DNA from: Pseudobdellovibrionaceae bacterium
Lineage (GTDB): Bacteria > Bdellovibrionota > Bdellovibrionia > Bdellovibrionales > Bdellovibrionaceae
NCBI GenBank assembly: GCA_041288045.1
Contig: JBGGMM010000012.1
Location: 1 to 30,388, forward strand
Length of the DNA: 30,388 nucleotides
Direction: 5' to 3'
Position 1 is the stretch's first letter; each line of letters starts with the position of its first letter. Shown piece after piece: positions 10,288 through 17,986 of the stretch. The notes beneath the pieces are model-generated. The model made no database searches, was not told where the DNA came from, and was given only the letters and a program-made list of their open reading frames with translations. The translations under genes and the position numbers were made by a program.

Positions 10288-11172
10288 TTGAATATCCCGA
10301 AAACTTTAGAAAAAGCCGATTGGTACACAAAGTGGGGAGCCACCGGCGATATCCGCCCTTATGTGTATGTGCGTCCCGATAATAAAATTCACAATCCGGG
10401 GAGCCGTCACCATTCGGATTGGTTCCCCATGTCGCCCATTTACAAAAATCCTCTGGACACCAAGGAACTTGAATTTGCCGAGCAGATTTATTTTATCGAG
10501 GGAAGAGCTTTTGGACCTTCCAACATGGCCATGCCTCGCTGGGTTTTCTATGACTGTGCCATCATTCCTGGATTTGTGGCGGGATTTGCCATGCGCACAG
10601 AGGCTTTGCCAGATAGCATTCGAAGTGTGATGCGAACGGATCCCAAAGAAGAATGGACTCCGCTTTCCCTGTTTATCATCATTCCCACCATGGCAAAGGG
10701 GCAATGGGTGGCCCACAATCTTTGCGCCATCAATTCGCTCTTGCCAGAGCAAGACCGTCTCTATGGGCTGGGATTTTTATCGAAAGCTTTTGGTTTGTGG
10801 TATGCCAATGTTGAATCCTGCCTAGGAATGACTCAGTGGGGAAGCCCGGCTTTGAAGCTTCATACTCACTATGGTCATATGCAGATTGTCACAGCTTACA
10901 CGCCGGTGCATTCCCATGCGAAAACCATCACTTATCGCGTCGAAGTGGACACCCAATGCTGGGAGAAATTCTTCAATCGGCAAGAGGATCTGGGGTTTTT
11001 AGAAAAATACAATCCTTCAGGTCTTCTTTTAGACCCAAAAGACGAGAAAAGTATGATACAACTGCACGAGAAAATACAAAAAGGCGATGGCCCCTATTTT
11101 CTCAGTGCAGCCGATATCGCTTCGAAAAAGCTCACTGATTCGCTTTTGATTTATGAACCGAAGCACGCTTGA
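10288..11172 (+). CDS. Conserved-looking hypothetical protein, possibly degenerate GNAT fold
   Basis: 294-aa ORF with TTG start filling the gap between fumC and the next gene. YGLGFLSKAFGL and SPALKLHTHYGH loosely resemble GNAT motifs A and B. Confidence 0.6.
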   Translation: MNIPKTLEKADWYTKWGATGDIRPYVYVRPDNKIHNPGSRHHSDWFPMSPIYKNPLDTKELEFAEQIYFIEGRAFGPSNMAMPRWVFYDCAIIPGFVAGFAMRTEALPDSIRSVMRTDPKEEWTPLSLFIIIPTMAKGQWVAHNLCAINSLLPEQDRLYGLGFLSKAFGLWYANVESCLGMTQWGSPALKLHTHYGHMQIVTAYTPVHSHAKTITYRVEVDTQCWEKFFNRQEDLGFLEKYNPSGLLLDPKDEKSMIQLHEKIQKGDGPYFLSAADIASKKLTDSLLIYEPKHA

Positions 11173-11199
11173 TTTGAGAGAGAAAAGGAAATTTCGAAT

Positions 11200-11637
11200 A
11201 TGTCAGAGACAAACCAGTTACCCCCTGTTGCCAAATCTTTTCACACTTTCTGTAAGAAGTGTGCTGCCGACCGCTATCACACAGTGGTGGCTCACACCAC
11301 GGCAACATCGGCGAAACTGAAATGTGAAATCTGCGGTGCCAGCAGCACTTACAAATTGCCCAAAGTGGCAGGAGCTAAGCGGCCTCTGACCGGGGCTGCT
11401 GCCAAACGCAAAGAGCAGGCTGCCACGGCCAAGAAAAATGCTCACACTGAAGAGTACTCTCAATTGATGTCTTCAGATGGAGACGCCAATTCCTACACAA
11501 TGAAGGCCAAATTTGCTGTGAACACCAAGATCAAGCATCCCAAATTTGGCATGGGCTTCGTGCGGGCTGTGCAGCCAGATAAAATCGAAGTGGTCTTCGA
11601 AGACGAAGTCCGCAATCTCGTTCACAATCGCGGTTGA
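11200..11637 (+). CDS. Zn-ribbon protein with C-terminal Tudor-like (UvrD/PcrA CTD-like) domain
   Basis: CKKC and CEIC pairs, a Lys/Ala-rich linker, and C-terminal KIKHPKFGMGFVRAVQPDKIEVVFEDEVRNLVH. AAGGA RBS upstream. Confidence 0.75.
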   Translation: MSETNQLPPVAKSFHTFCKKCAADRYHTVVAHTTATSAKLKCEICGASSTYKLPKVAGAKRPLTGAAAKRKEQAATAKKNAHTEEYSQLMSSDGDANSYTMKAKFAVNTKIKHPKFGMGFVRAVQPDKIEVVFEDEVRNLVHNRG

Positions 11638-13667
11638 TTGAAAGCATGTGGACTCAGGGACTGAACCCTGAGCAGGTCAAAGCCGTGGCTCACAACCAGG
11701 GGCCGCTGTTGATATTGGCGGGCGCCGGCTCAGGAAAAACCACTGTTCTCGTTGCCAGGACTGGTCGCATGATCGCCGAAGGCATCGCTCGTCCCGAAGA
11801 AATCTGCGTTCTTACTTTCACCAACAAAGCCGCCCGAGAACTCAAACACCGGGTCGGAGTGAAGCTCGGAGATCGCGCCAAAGGTCTTTGGTCAGGAACT
11901 TTCCATTCTTTTGGTCTTAGACTGCTGCGCACTTATCACCGGGAAGCGGGGCTTCCCACTCAGTTCGGAGTGATTGATCAAAACGATTCGCAAAGCATTC
12001 TCAAAGAACTCATGAAAGACATCAAAGTTACCGGCAAAGACAAATTTGATCTGGAAGCGATTTTGGAAATCATCAATGAGCGCCGCGTGCGCGGCCGAGA
12101 AAAGCTCGAAGGCTTTGATGAATACCATGAGATGGCCGAAATCCTGTTGCCGAAATTTATCAAAAAAATGGAACTGCTCGGGGTGGTGGATTTTGAATCC
12201 CTGCTCTTGAAGCCGCTGGAGCTATTTCGCGAGCATCCGCAAATTCTGGAAAAAGTGCAAAATCAATTCAAATACCTGATGGTCGATGAGTTCCAAGACA
12301 CCAATCTGGTGCAGATGAAGCTGATTGAAAAAATGGTCGATTCCCACCGCAATCTCTGCGTGGTGGGGGACGACGACCAGTCCATTTATGGCTGGCGTGG
12401 GGCGCAGATTTCAAATATTTTGGATTTTCCAAAAAACTTCAAACCTTGCGAAGTTATCCGCTTGGAAAGAAATTACCGCTCAAGCCCGGTGATTCTCAAA
12501 GTCGCCAACGAACTGATTCAAAAAAACAAGCACCGCCATGGGAAAATTCTCAAAGCCGAAGGTCGCTTTCGAAACGAAGAAATGCCCGAAGCCTTTCTGC
12601 TTCCGAACGAAGACGAGGAAGCCCAATTTGTGGTTCGTGAAATCCGCAATTGGCTGAGCATGGGTTACAAATTCGGGGATATCGCTATTCTCTATCGCTC
12701 CAATTCTCAAGGGGGCTTGCTCGAGGGGCACTTTCGGCAAAATCAAATTGCCTACAGCGTTTCCGGTGGCACTGCTTTTTTTGATCGCAAGGAAATCAAA
12801 GACATCCTCGCGTACTTGCGATTTTCCATCAGTCCCAATGATGTTTCGCTCAGGCGAATCATCAACACTCCACCCAGAGGCATTGGTGACACGACCGTTG
12901 AGAGAATCAATTCCTACGCAATTTCTCATAAAATCTCATTCCTGAAAGCTTGTCATGCTTGGCAAGCGGCCGGCGCCCCAGACAAAGCCGGTGAAGCCAT
13001 TGAGCATCTCTTTGCCCAGTTGCGAGCTCTGCCGTCACGACTGATGAATCCGGATCCCAACGAAACTCCGGGTCAAAGGCTCCTCAAATTTCTCAACGAA
13101 ATTCATTACCGAGAATTTCTGATCTCCACGAGCAAAGATCCACAAGGGGCTGATAAAAAATGGACTCTGGTAGAAATTTTCGCTCGCGTGATGGACAGCT
13201 TTGCCAAAAAAGGTGGAGCGAACGAAAAAACCCTGCGCGAATTTGTCGATGCTCTCGAGCTTCGCGACGATGTCAATGATGACGAAGATCGCAACAAAGT
13301 GAGCTTGATGACTTTGCATGCTTGCAAAGGCCTTGAATTCCCTTGTGTGATGATTGTCGGGGTCGAAGAGGATTTGATCCCGCACAAAACTCTCGGCAGT
13401 GATGTCGATGAGGAGCGAAGGCTTTTCTATGTGGGTCTGACACGAGCCAAAGAGCGCTTGATCCTCACTCGCTGCCAAGTGCGCAGCAAATACGGCCAGC
13501 AAAGACCCGTATCCCCCTCGCGATTTCTATTGGAAATTCCCACAGAATCCATTCGCGATTACAAAGGCGAATTTCGTCCAGTGACAGCTACACAAAGAGA
13601 AGGCCTCCTCGCCGGATTTCTGGCAGGATTGGATTCGAAAGTGGCGCAGACTCCGAAAATCAAATGA
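11634..13667 (+). CDS. SF1A DNA helicase, UvrD/Rep/PcrA family
   Basis: [78 protein letters not shown]. No C-terminal Tudor domain, giving a Rep-like length. Alternative ATG at 11646. Confidence 0.95.
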   Translation: MIESMWTQGLNPEQVKAVAHNQGPLLILAGAGSGKTTVLVARTGRMIAEGIARPEEICVLTFTNKAARELKHRVGVKLGDRAKGLWSGTFHSFGLRLLRTYHREAGLPTQFGVIDQNDSQSILKELMKDIKVTGKDKFDLEAILEIINERRVRGREKLEGFDEYHEMAEILLPKFIKKMELLGVVDFESLLLKPLELFREHPQILEKVQNQFKYLMVDEFQDTNLVQMKLIEKMVDSHRNLCVVGDDDQSIYGWRGAQISNILDFPKNFKPCEVIRLERNYRSSPVILKVANELIQKNKHRHGKILKAEGRFRNEEMPEAFLLPNEDEEAQFVVREIRNWLSMGYKFGDIAILYRSNSQGGLLEGHFRQNQIAYSVSGGTAFFDRKEIKDILAYLRFSISPNDVSLRRIINTPPRGIGDTTVERINSYAISHKISFLKACHAWQAAGAPDKAGEAIEHLFAQLRALPSRLMNPDPNETPGQRLLKFLNEIHYREFLISTSKDPQGADKKWTLVEIFARVMDSFAKKGGANEKTLREFVDALELRDDVNDDEDRNKVSLMTLHACKGLEFPCVMIVGVEEDLIPHKTLGSDVDEERRLFYVGLTRAKERLILTRCQVRSKYGQQRPVSPSRFLLEIPTESIRDYKGEFRPVTATQREGLLAGFLAGLDSKVAQTPKIK

Positions 13668-13761
13668 GTCTTCAGAAATTGACGTCTCTCAAACAGCCAA
13701 ACCTGTGAGACGGTTGTCTTTTTGTGCTTGTTTTTCGACCTGTTCCAGGGTTGAAGGGGGT

Positions 13762-14286
13762 ATGAATCAGTGGATTTTTTTGATCTATTTTTCTTTGGTG
13801 GGAGTCGCGGCTGCAAATTCGCAAGTCGCTTTTTTGGAAATCTATGACTCTCACGGAAAGCTTGTGCAGTACGAACCAGGCAGTCGCTTTGGTCATGTGG
13901 CTTTGAAGGTCGGAAACTTTTGGCTGCAAAGTTCTCCCTATGAGGGCGTGCAGCTCATCACCTGGGAGCAATTGCAAAAATTCGGTGTGGTGGCAGAAGT
14001 TCTGCCTTTGCAGAAAGAGTTTTCTCAGAGCGAAATTGCACTTTATTTGGGCCTGCCATTTGATCATCATTACAGTTGGAGCGATCAAGCTTTTTACTGC
14101 TCAGAGCTTTTAGCGAAGCTTCTTAAGATCAAGCCAGAGCCCATGCAATTTAATCATCAGGTTTGGCCCGAATCTTTTTGGCATTTGGAGGGTCAGCCAG
14201 GAATGTCACCAGATAAAATTTATTGGAAAATCAAAGGAACGGTCATCAAAGTGGATGAGCGGGCTTTTGAAAACTCAAGGCCCTGA
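13762..14286 (+). CDS. Secreted permuted papain-like NlpC/P60 cysteine hydrolase (YiiX/YebB-like)
   Basis: Signal peptide MNQWIFLIYFSLVGVAAANS. His motif FGHVAL precedes the Cys motif GLPFDHHYSWSDQAFYCSEL, the permuted order. GGGGG RBS before the ATG at 13762. Confidence 0.8.
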   Translation: MNQWIFLIYFSLVGVAAANSQVAFLEIYDSHGKLVQYEPGSRFGHVALKVGNFWLQSSPYEGVQLITWEQLQKFGVVAEVLPLQKEFSQSEIALYLGLPFDHHYSWSDQAFYCSELLAKLLKIKPEPMQFNHQVWPESFWHLEGQPGMSPDKIYWKIKGTVIKVDERAFENSRP

Positions 14287-15137
14287 TAAATTTTTAAAAT
14301 CTCACGATTTAAGGAAGCAGGCACTTCGCCATCTAAATTCAAAAGAGTGTTTGTGGCAAATTTCGCTGCCAGCACACGACCCCTGGTTCCCACTTTCAAT
14401 TGCAAGCTCACTGTTCCTTGCACCAAATCGCTTTGCTGCAGAAGTTCCTGCAATTGATCGAATCCCTCATTTAATTTTTTCTCTGTGGTTTTGGCGGGCA
14501 GGGGGCCTTCGATATAAGTCTTTGGCTCCATAAACCAGCCATGAATCACCAAACGAGCTTCTCTAGGGTCGCGAGTGCCGCGAACCTCTGTCACGCCATG
14601 TGGGTATCGGGGATCAAAAACCACCAGGCGATTCATCAGTGCCGGAATGCGATCAACAAAACTGGGAAGCTCGCGGTCTTGAGCTCCACCAAAATTTCTC
14701 CAATAAGAAAGAACCTCTGGTTTGAGCATCAAAGTTTCGCCGCCAGAAAATTTTCGTCCCTTCCAAGGAGTCAGTGAATACACATAGGCCCAGGGCCCAT
14801 GCGGCACATCGGAATGAAATTCCTGTTTGCAGCCATCCACATAGTAGCTCAGCCAAGGCGGGGAAATATCCCAACAGCCCAAAGTGCGGCGTCCCCACAT
14901 CAAGAGACTCTTATGAAAATCCATATAAAGTTTCTGTGGAAAATAATGATAGGCTGGAGTGCGATGCAAAGTGTATTGATCGGGCACATGCCAGTAATCC
15001 CAAACAAAGCGTTTGGACGAAGTTTCCTTCGGGTTGGCAAATTGCGAATCAAAAAAAGACCGAAGTTTTTTTGCGTCTCGATAGAACTGATCTTCAATCA
15101 GCACATGGGATTTTAAAGACACTGAGAGGCCATGCAC
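14220..15137 (-). CDS. 2OG-Fe(II) oxygenase (prolyl-4-hydroxylase-like) with C-terminal TonB-C/AgmX-PglI-like domain
   Basis: HSD facial triad start, AYVYSLT, FSGGET, NRLVVFD, PHGVTEV, RLVIHGWF. The start is uncertain (GTG at 15137 or 15122). Confidence 0.8.
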   Translation of the reverse strand: MHGLSVSLKSHVLIEDQFYRDAKKLRSFFDSQFANPKETSSKRFVWDYWHVPDQYTLHRTPAYHYFPQKLYMDFHKSLLMWGRRTLGCWDISPPWLSYYVDGCKQEFHSDVPHGPWAYVYSLTPWKGRKFSGGETLMLKPEVLSYWRNFGGAQDRELPSFVDRIPALMNRLVVFDPRYPHGVTEVRGTRDPREARLVIHGWFMEPKTYIEGPLPAKTTEKKLNEGFDQLQELLQQSDLVQGTVSLQLKVGTRGRVLAAKFATNTLLNLDGEVPASLNREILKIYQGLEFSKARSSTLMTVPLIFQ

Positions 15138-15781
15138 TTTCTGCCACTGCGGCAGTCAGAGTCTTTCAGGCAGCTTCTGAAACAAAGGCCTTGGGATTTT
15201 TCGCAGGCAAAAAATCCGCAGTCCTTCGGTAATCCTGAATCGACTTGTTGGTGCTGACCTTCCGCTGTCTCCTGACAGAAAGGCGACTGGGGGACGCAGC
15301 GTTTGTTCCAACACATTTGCGAGCTTCCACACACTTCAGAAGTTTCACAGGGCAAACAAGAAAACACAGGAAGCTGTGGGGCGGGAGTGGTGAGCTCATA
15401 GTCTTCTCTGGCTTTTTTCCATCTCTCTAAAATCTGCTGGCAGTGAACTTCAGAAGAATTGCACTGAACAGAGGGAAGGCAAGTAGAAGAACCATCAAAA
15501 ACGTAGCCAGTGAGACAGTCCATGGAGCTTTGTGCCTGGCGAAGGCAAAGGCCGGTTTCAGGAAGGCAGCGATAAGCATCGCAATTGCTGCCTTCACCCC
15601 GCTCGTTGGCGGACCAGCGCTCATTGAAGCAGAAATTTTTCTGAAGCTGGCAGCTGCCTTGAGTGCAGACTCCGCCCACTCCACATTCCGAATCGATAAC
15701 ACATGTTTTCGAGCATTGATCTTGGCCAAGAACTGACAAAGGCGTGAAAAACAAAGCCACAAGCAGCAGAGCTTTTCTCAT
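15113..15781 (-). CDS. Secreted cysteine-rich protein with two internal repeats
   Basis: Signal peptide MRKALLLVALFFTPLSVLG, 26 Cys, and a GGGGAG RBS before the ATG at 15781. Confidence 0.8.
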   Translation of the reverse strand: MRKALLLVALFFTPLSVLGQDQCSKTCVIDSECGVGGVCTQGSCQLQKNFCFNERWSANERGEGSNCDAYRCLPETGLCLRQAQSSMDCLTGYVFDGSSTCLPSVQCNSSEVHCQQILERWKKAREDYELTTPAPQLPVFSCLPCETSEVCGSSQMCWNKRCVPQSPFCQETAEGQHQQVDSGLPKDCGFFACEKSQGLCFRSCLKDSDCRSGRKCMASQCL

Positions 15782-15946
15782 GGTCTCCCCCCGGAAACAT
15801 TTTAGAAGCCACAATTAAACCCAAGCAGCTCCGGGTTTCAACTAGGAAATTCGGGGTCTTGCAAAATCAACAGGTGCTTGACGAAGAAGGCCCCAGCCTG
15901 AATCCTATCTCTCAAGTCAAAACTCTATTTTATCAGGAGAGGTCTC

Positions 15947-16879
15947 ATGGCTGAAATGGCAAAGAACGATTTTCTGCTGTCCACTGCAGATTTAGCCCAA
16001 CTCGTTGGCAAACCCGCACTGCAAGTTCTCAAAGAGATTGAGGTTCTGGTCGGTCCGCTAAAACACAAAGCCCATTTGGAACCTCAAAAAGTTCGCCAGT
16101 ACCTGAGCTCTTTGGGTTTTCAATACCCTCACCAGGTGATTTCTTTTCAAATGCTCAAAGGAGGAGTGGCGAAAACCACCTCGGCCCTTAATTTTGGATT
16201 AAGAGCGGCCATGTATGGTTCAAAGGTTTTGTTTGTGGATATGGATCAACAAGCCAACCTGACCTTTGCTTTGGGCCATGAGGCTGATGATAAACCGGTT
16301 TGGGTGGATCTGGTTGAGAAAAAAGCCAAAATCGAAGAAGCCACAATCACCATCGATGAAGGGATTGATCTGATCCCCTCAAGCCTCAACAATTCCGTTT
16401 TGGATCGAGTGCTTTTAAATTCGAACCGCAACTGGGCCCAAGCCGTGAAGGGGCCGCTCAAAGACATTCGCGCTTATTATGATCTGGTCATCATCGATAC
16501 GGCTCCAAATCTTTCAGCCATCAACACGGCCGTGACTTGTGCTTCGGATTTGGTCGTTTTGCCCATCAATCCGGATCGATTTTCGCTTTTGGGATTGCAA
16601 AAGCACCTCGAGGATTTGGCCGACCTCGAAAAAGAATTTGAATTGAAAATCCAAAAAAGGGTCCTTTTGACCCGTTTTGATGCTCGTGAAAGCTCCAGCC
16701 ACGAGATTCTGGCTCAGTGTCTAGAAAAGTTTGAAGATTTGCTGTTAAAGAGTTATATCAGAACATCAAGTGAGATCAAAAATACCATCCGCTCTCAGCG
16801 GACGATCTACTCGGTGAAATCCAACGCCAAAGCAGATTATGATCTCGTGACTCGTGAATTGCTGAATTTGGAGGTTTAA
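15947..16879 (+). CDS. parA: Orphan ParA/Soj-family ATPase with N-terminal extension
   Basis: Deviant Walker A LKGGVAKTT, VDMDQQANLT, IIDTAPNL, YIRTSSEIK. AGGAGAGG RBS. No parB adjacent. Confidence 0.9.
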   Translation: MAEMAKNDFLLSTADLAQLVGKPALQVLKEIEVLVGPLKHKAHLEPQKVRQYLSSLGFQYPHQVISFQMLKGGVAKTTSALNFGLRAAMYGSKVLFVDMDQQANLTFALGHEADDKPVWVDLVEKKAKIEEATITIDEGIDLIPSSLNNSVLDRVLLNSNRNWAQAVKGPLKDIRAYYDLVIIDTAPNLSAINTAVTCASDLVVLPINPDRFSLLGLQKHLEDLADLEKEFELKIQKRVLLTRFDARESSSHEILAQCLEKFEDLLLKSYIRTSSEIKNTIRSQRTIYSVKSNAKADYDLVTRELLNLEV

Positions 16880-16880
16880 G

Positions 16881-17405
16881 ATGACAAAAGCAAAACGCCG
16901 TCCCGGTCGCGATCCCGAAATGTCTCCTGCCCCTGGGGATGTCCATGGCGATGTGGCCATTGTCGATGTCGAAGAGAGCTTTGATTCGGCCGAATCCGTG
17001 GCCACTTCTGCCAAGCATGATGAAACGCCCACGGCTCACGCCACGGCCGAAGAATCTTCTCGGGGCGAAGACGTGTTTGAAGAGACTTTGAATTCACAAA
17101 AAGTGGAATTGAATTTCAAAGGCTCGGAAATTCTGCGAGCCAAATTTCCAAAGCCTTTCGAAGTGGCAGAACAAATTGCCACAGATTGGATTCAGGATGG
17201 GCGTTTCGAAGGCCTTCCCTTGGGACATCCTTTGGCTCAGTACTTTGCAGCCAAGGGGCTTCGACGGGCCAAGGAACTAGAAAAGAAAGTCATGGAAAGT
17301 CCGGTGACAGAAAAGCTGGCCATGCAGGCCCTGACGGCTGGAATGAAAGCCCAGGAAATCGTCAATCAAGTCCGCTCGAAAGTGAAAAAAGATTCGAAAC
17401 CATGA
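16881..17405 (+). CDS. Hypothetical protein (acidic disordered N-terminus, helical C-terminus)
   Basis: GGAGG RBS. Starts 1 nt after the parA stop, and its stop overlaps the bolA start (ATGA). Confidence 0.7.
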   Translation: MTKAKRRPGRDPEMSPAPGDVHGDVAIVDVEESFDSAESVATSAKHDETPTAHATAEESSRGEDVFEETLNSQKVELNFKGSEILRAKFPKPFEVAEQIATDWIQDGRFEGLPLGHPLAQYFAAKGLRRAKELEKKVMESPVTEKLAMQALTAGMKAQEIVNQVRSKVKKDSKP

Positions 17406-17710
17406 GTCTGGAAGCTTCGATTCGGCAAAAGCTGGAATCTCATTTTGCCCCCACTTACCTTGAAATCGAAAACGAGAGTCACAAGCACTCGCGTGGTGGG
17501 GCAGAAACCCATTTTCGACTTATCGTTGTCTCAGAAAAATTCTCTGGTCTTTCGCGAGTCGACCGACAAAGAGCAGTTGCCAATCTGTTTGATCCAGAAA
17601 GGGCTTTGGGTCTCCATGCTCTTTCACAAAGGACTTTCACTCCGAGCGAATGGGCGGAGCTGAAGGACAAGCTCACTTTGCAGTCGCCGGCCTGCAAGCA
17701 CAGCACTTAA
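17402..17710 (+). CDS. bolA: BolA family protein
   Basis: LEIENESHKHS, ETHFRLIVVSEKFSGLSRVDRQRAV, GLHALS, SPAC. The true start is the ATG at 17402, inside ORF 17186..17710. Confidence 0.93.
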   Translation: MSLEASIRQKLESHFAPTYLEIENESHKHSRGGAETHFRLIVVSEKFSGLSRVDRQRAVANLFDPERALGLHALSQRTFTPSEWAELKDKLTLQSPACKHST

Positions 17711-17917
17711 TCACTTAAATTCTTCGATTTTATTCTGCAGTTGCTTGAGCAGGTCTTTGACGTCATTGAGCATTTGTTGGTCGGCGGATAGGCCTTGCGG
17801 CTCTTGAGAGAGATCCTCCCAAGCATCCAGAGCTTTTTTAAGCTCATTTCTCGTCTCTAAAATCCGTTTTCGAGGCGAGTTTGTGTTTTTTTCTTTAACG
17901 TCTTTGCTGTCGTCCAT
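17711..17917 (-). CDS. Small coiled-coil hypothetical protein
   Basis: 68-aa amphipathic helical ORF that exactly fills the gap between bolA and the ettA upstream region. Confidence 0.6.
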   Translation of the reverse strand: MDDSKDVKEKNTNSPRKRILETRNELKKALDAWEDLSQEPQGLSADQQMLNDVKDLLKQLQNKIEEFK

Positions 17918-17986
17918 GTTGAGTTAACAAAAGTGTACTCGACTCTCGTTGACAAGTTCAAAGAGAAAATGAAGAATGGGCCCCCT

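Noticed and set aside
13672..14088. 138-aa minus-strand ORF
   Set aside because: Antisense to the NlpC/P60 gene, which has a signal peptide and catalytic motifs.
17186..17401. N-terminal extension of the BolA ORF in the ORF track
   Set aside because: Overlaps the upstream gene in another frame. BolA homology begins at the ATG at 17402.
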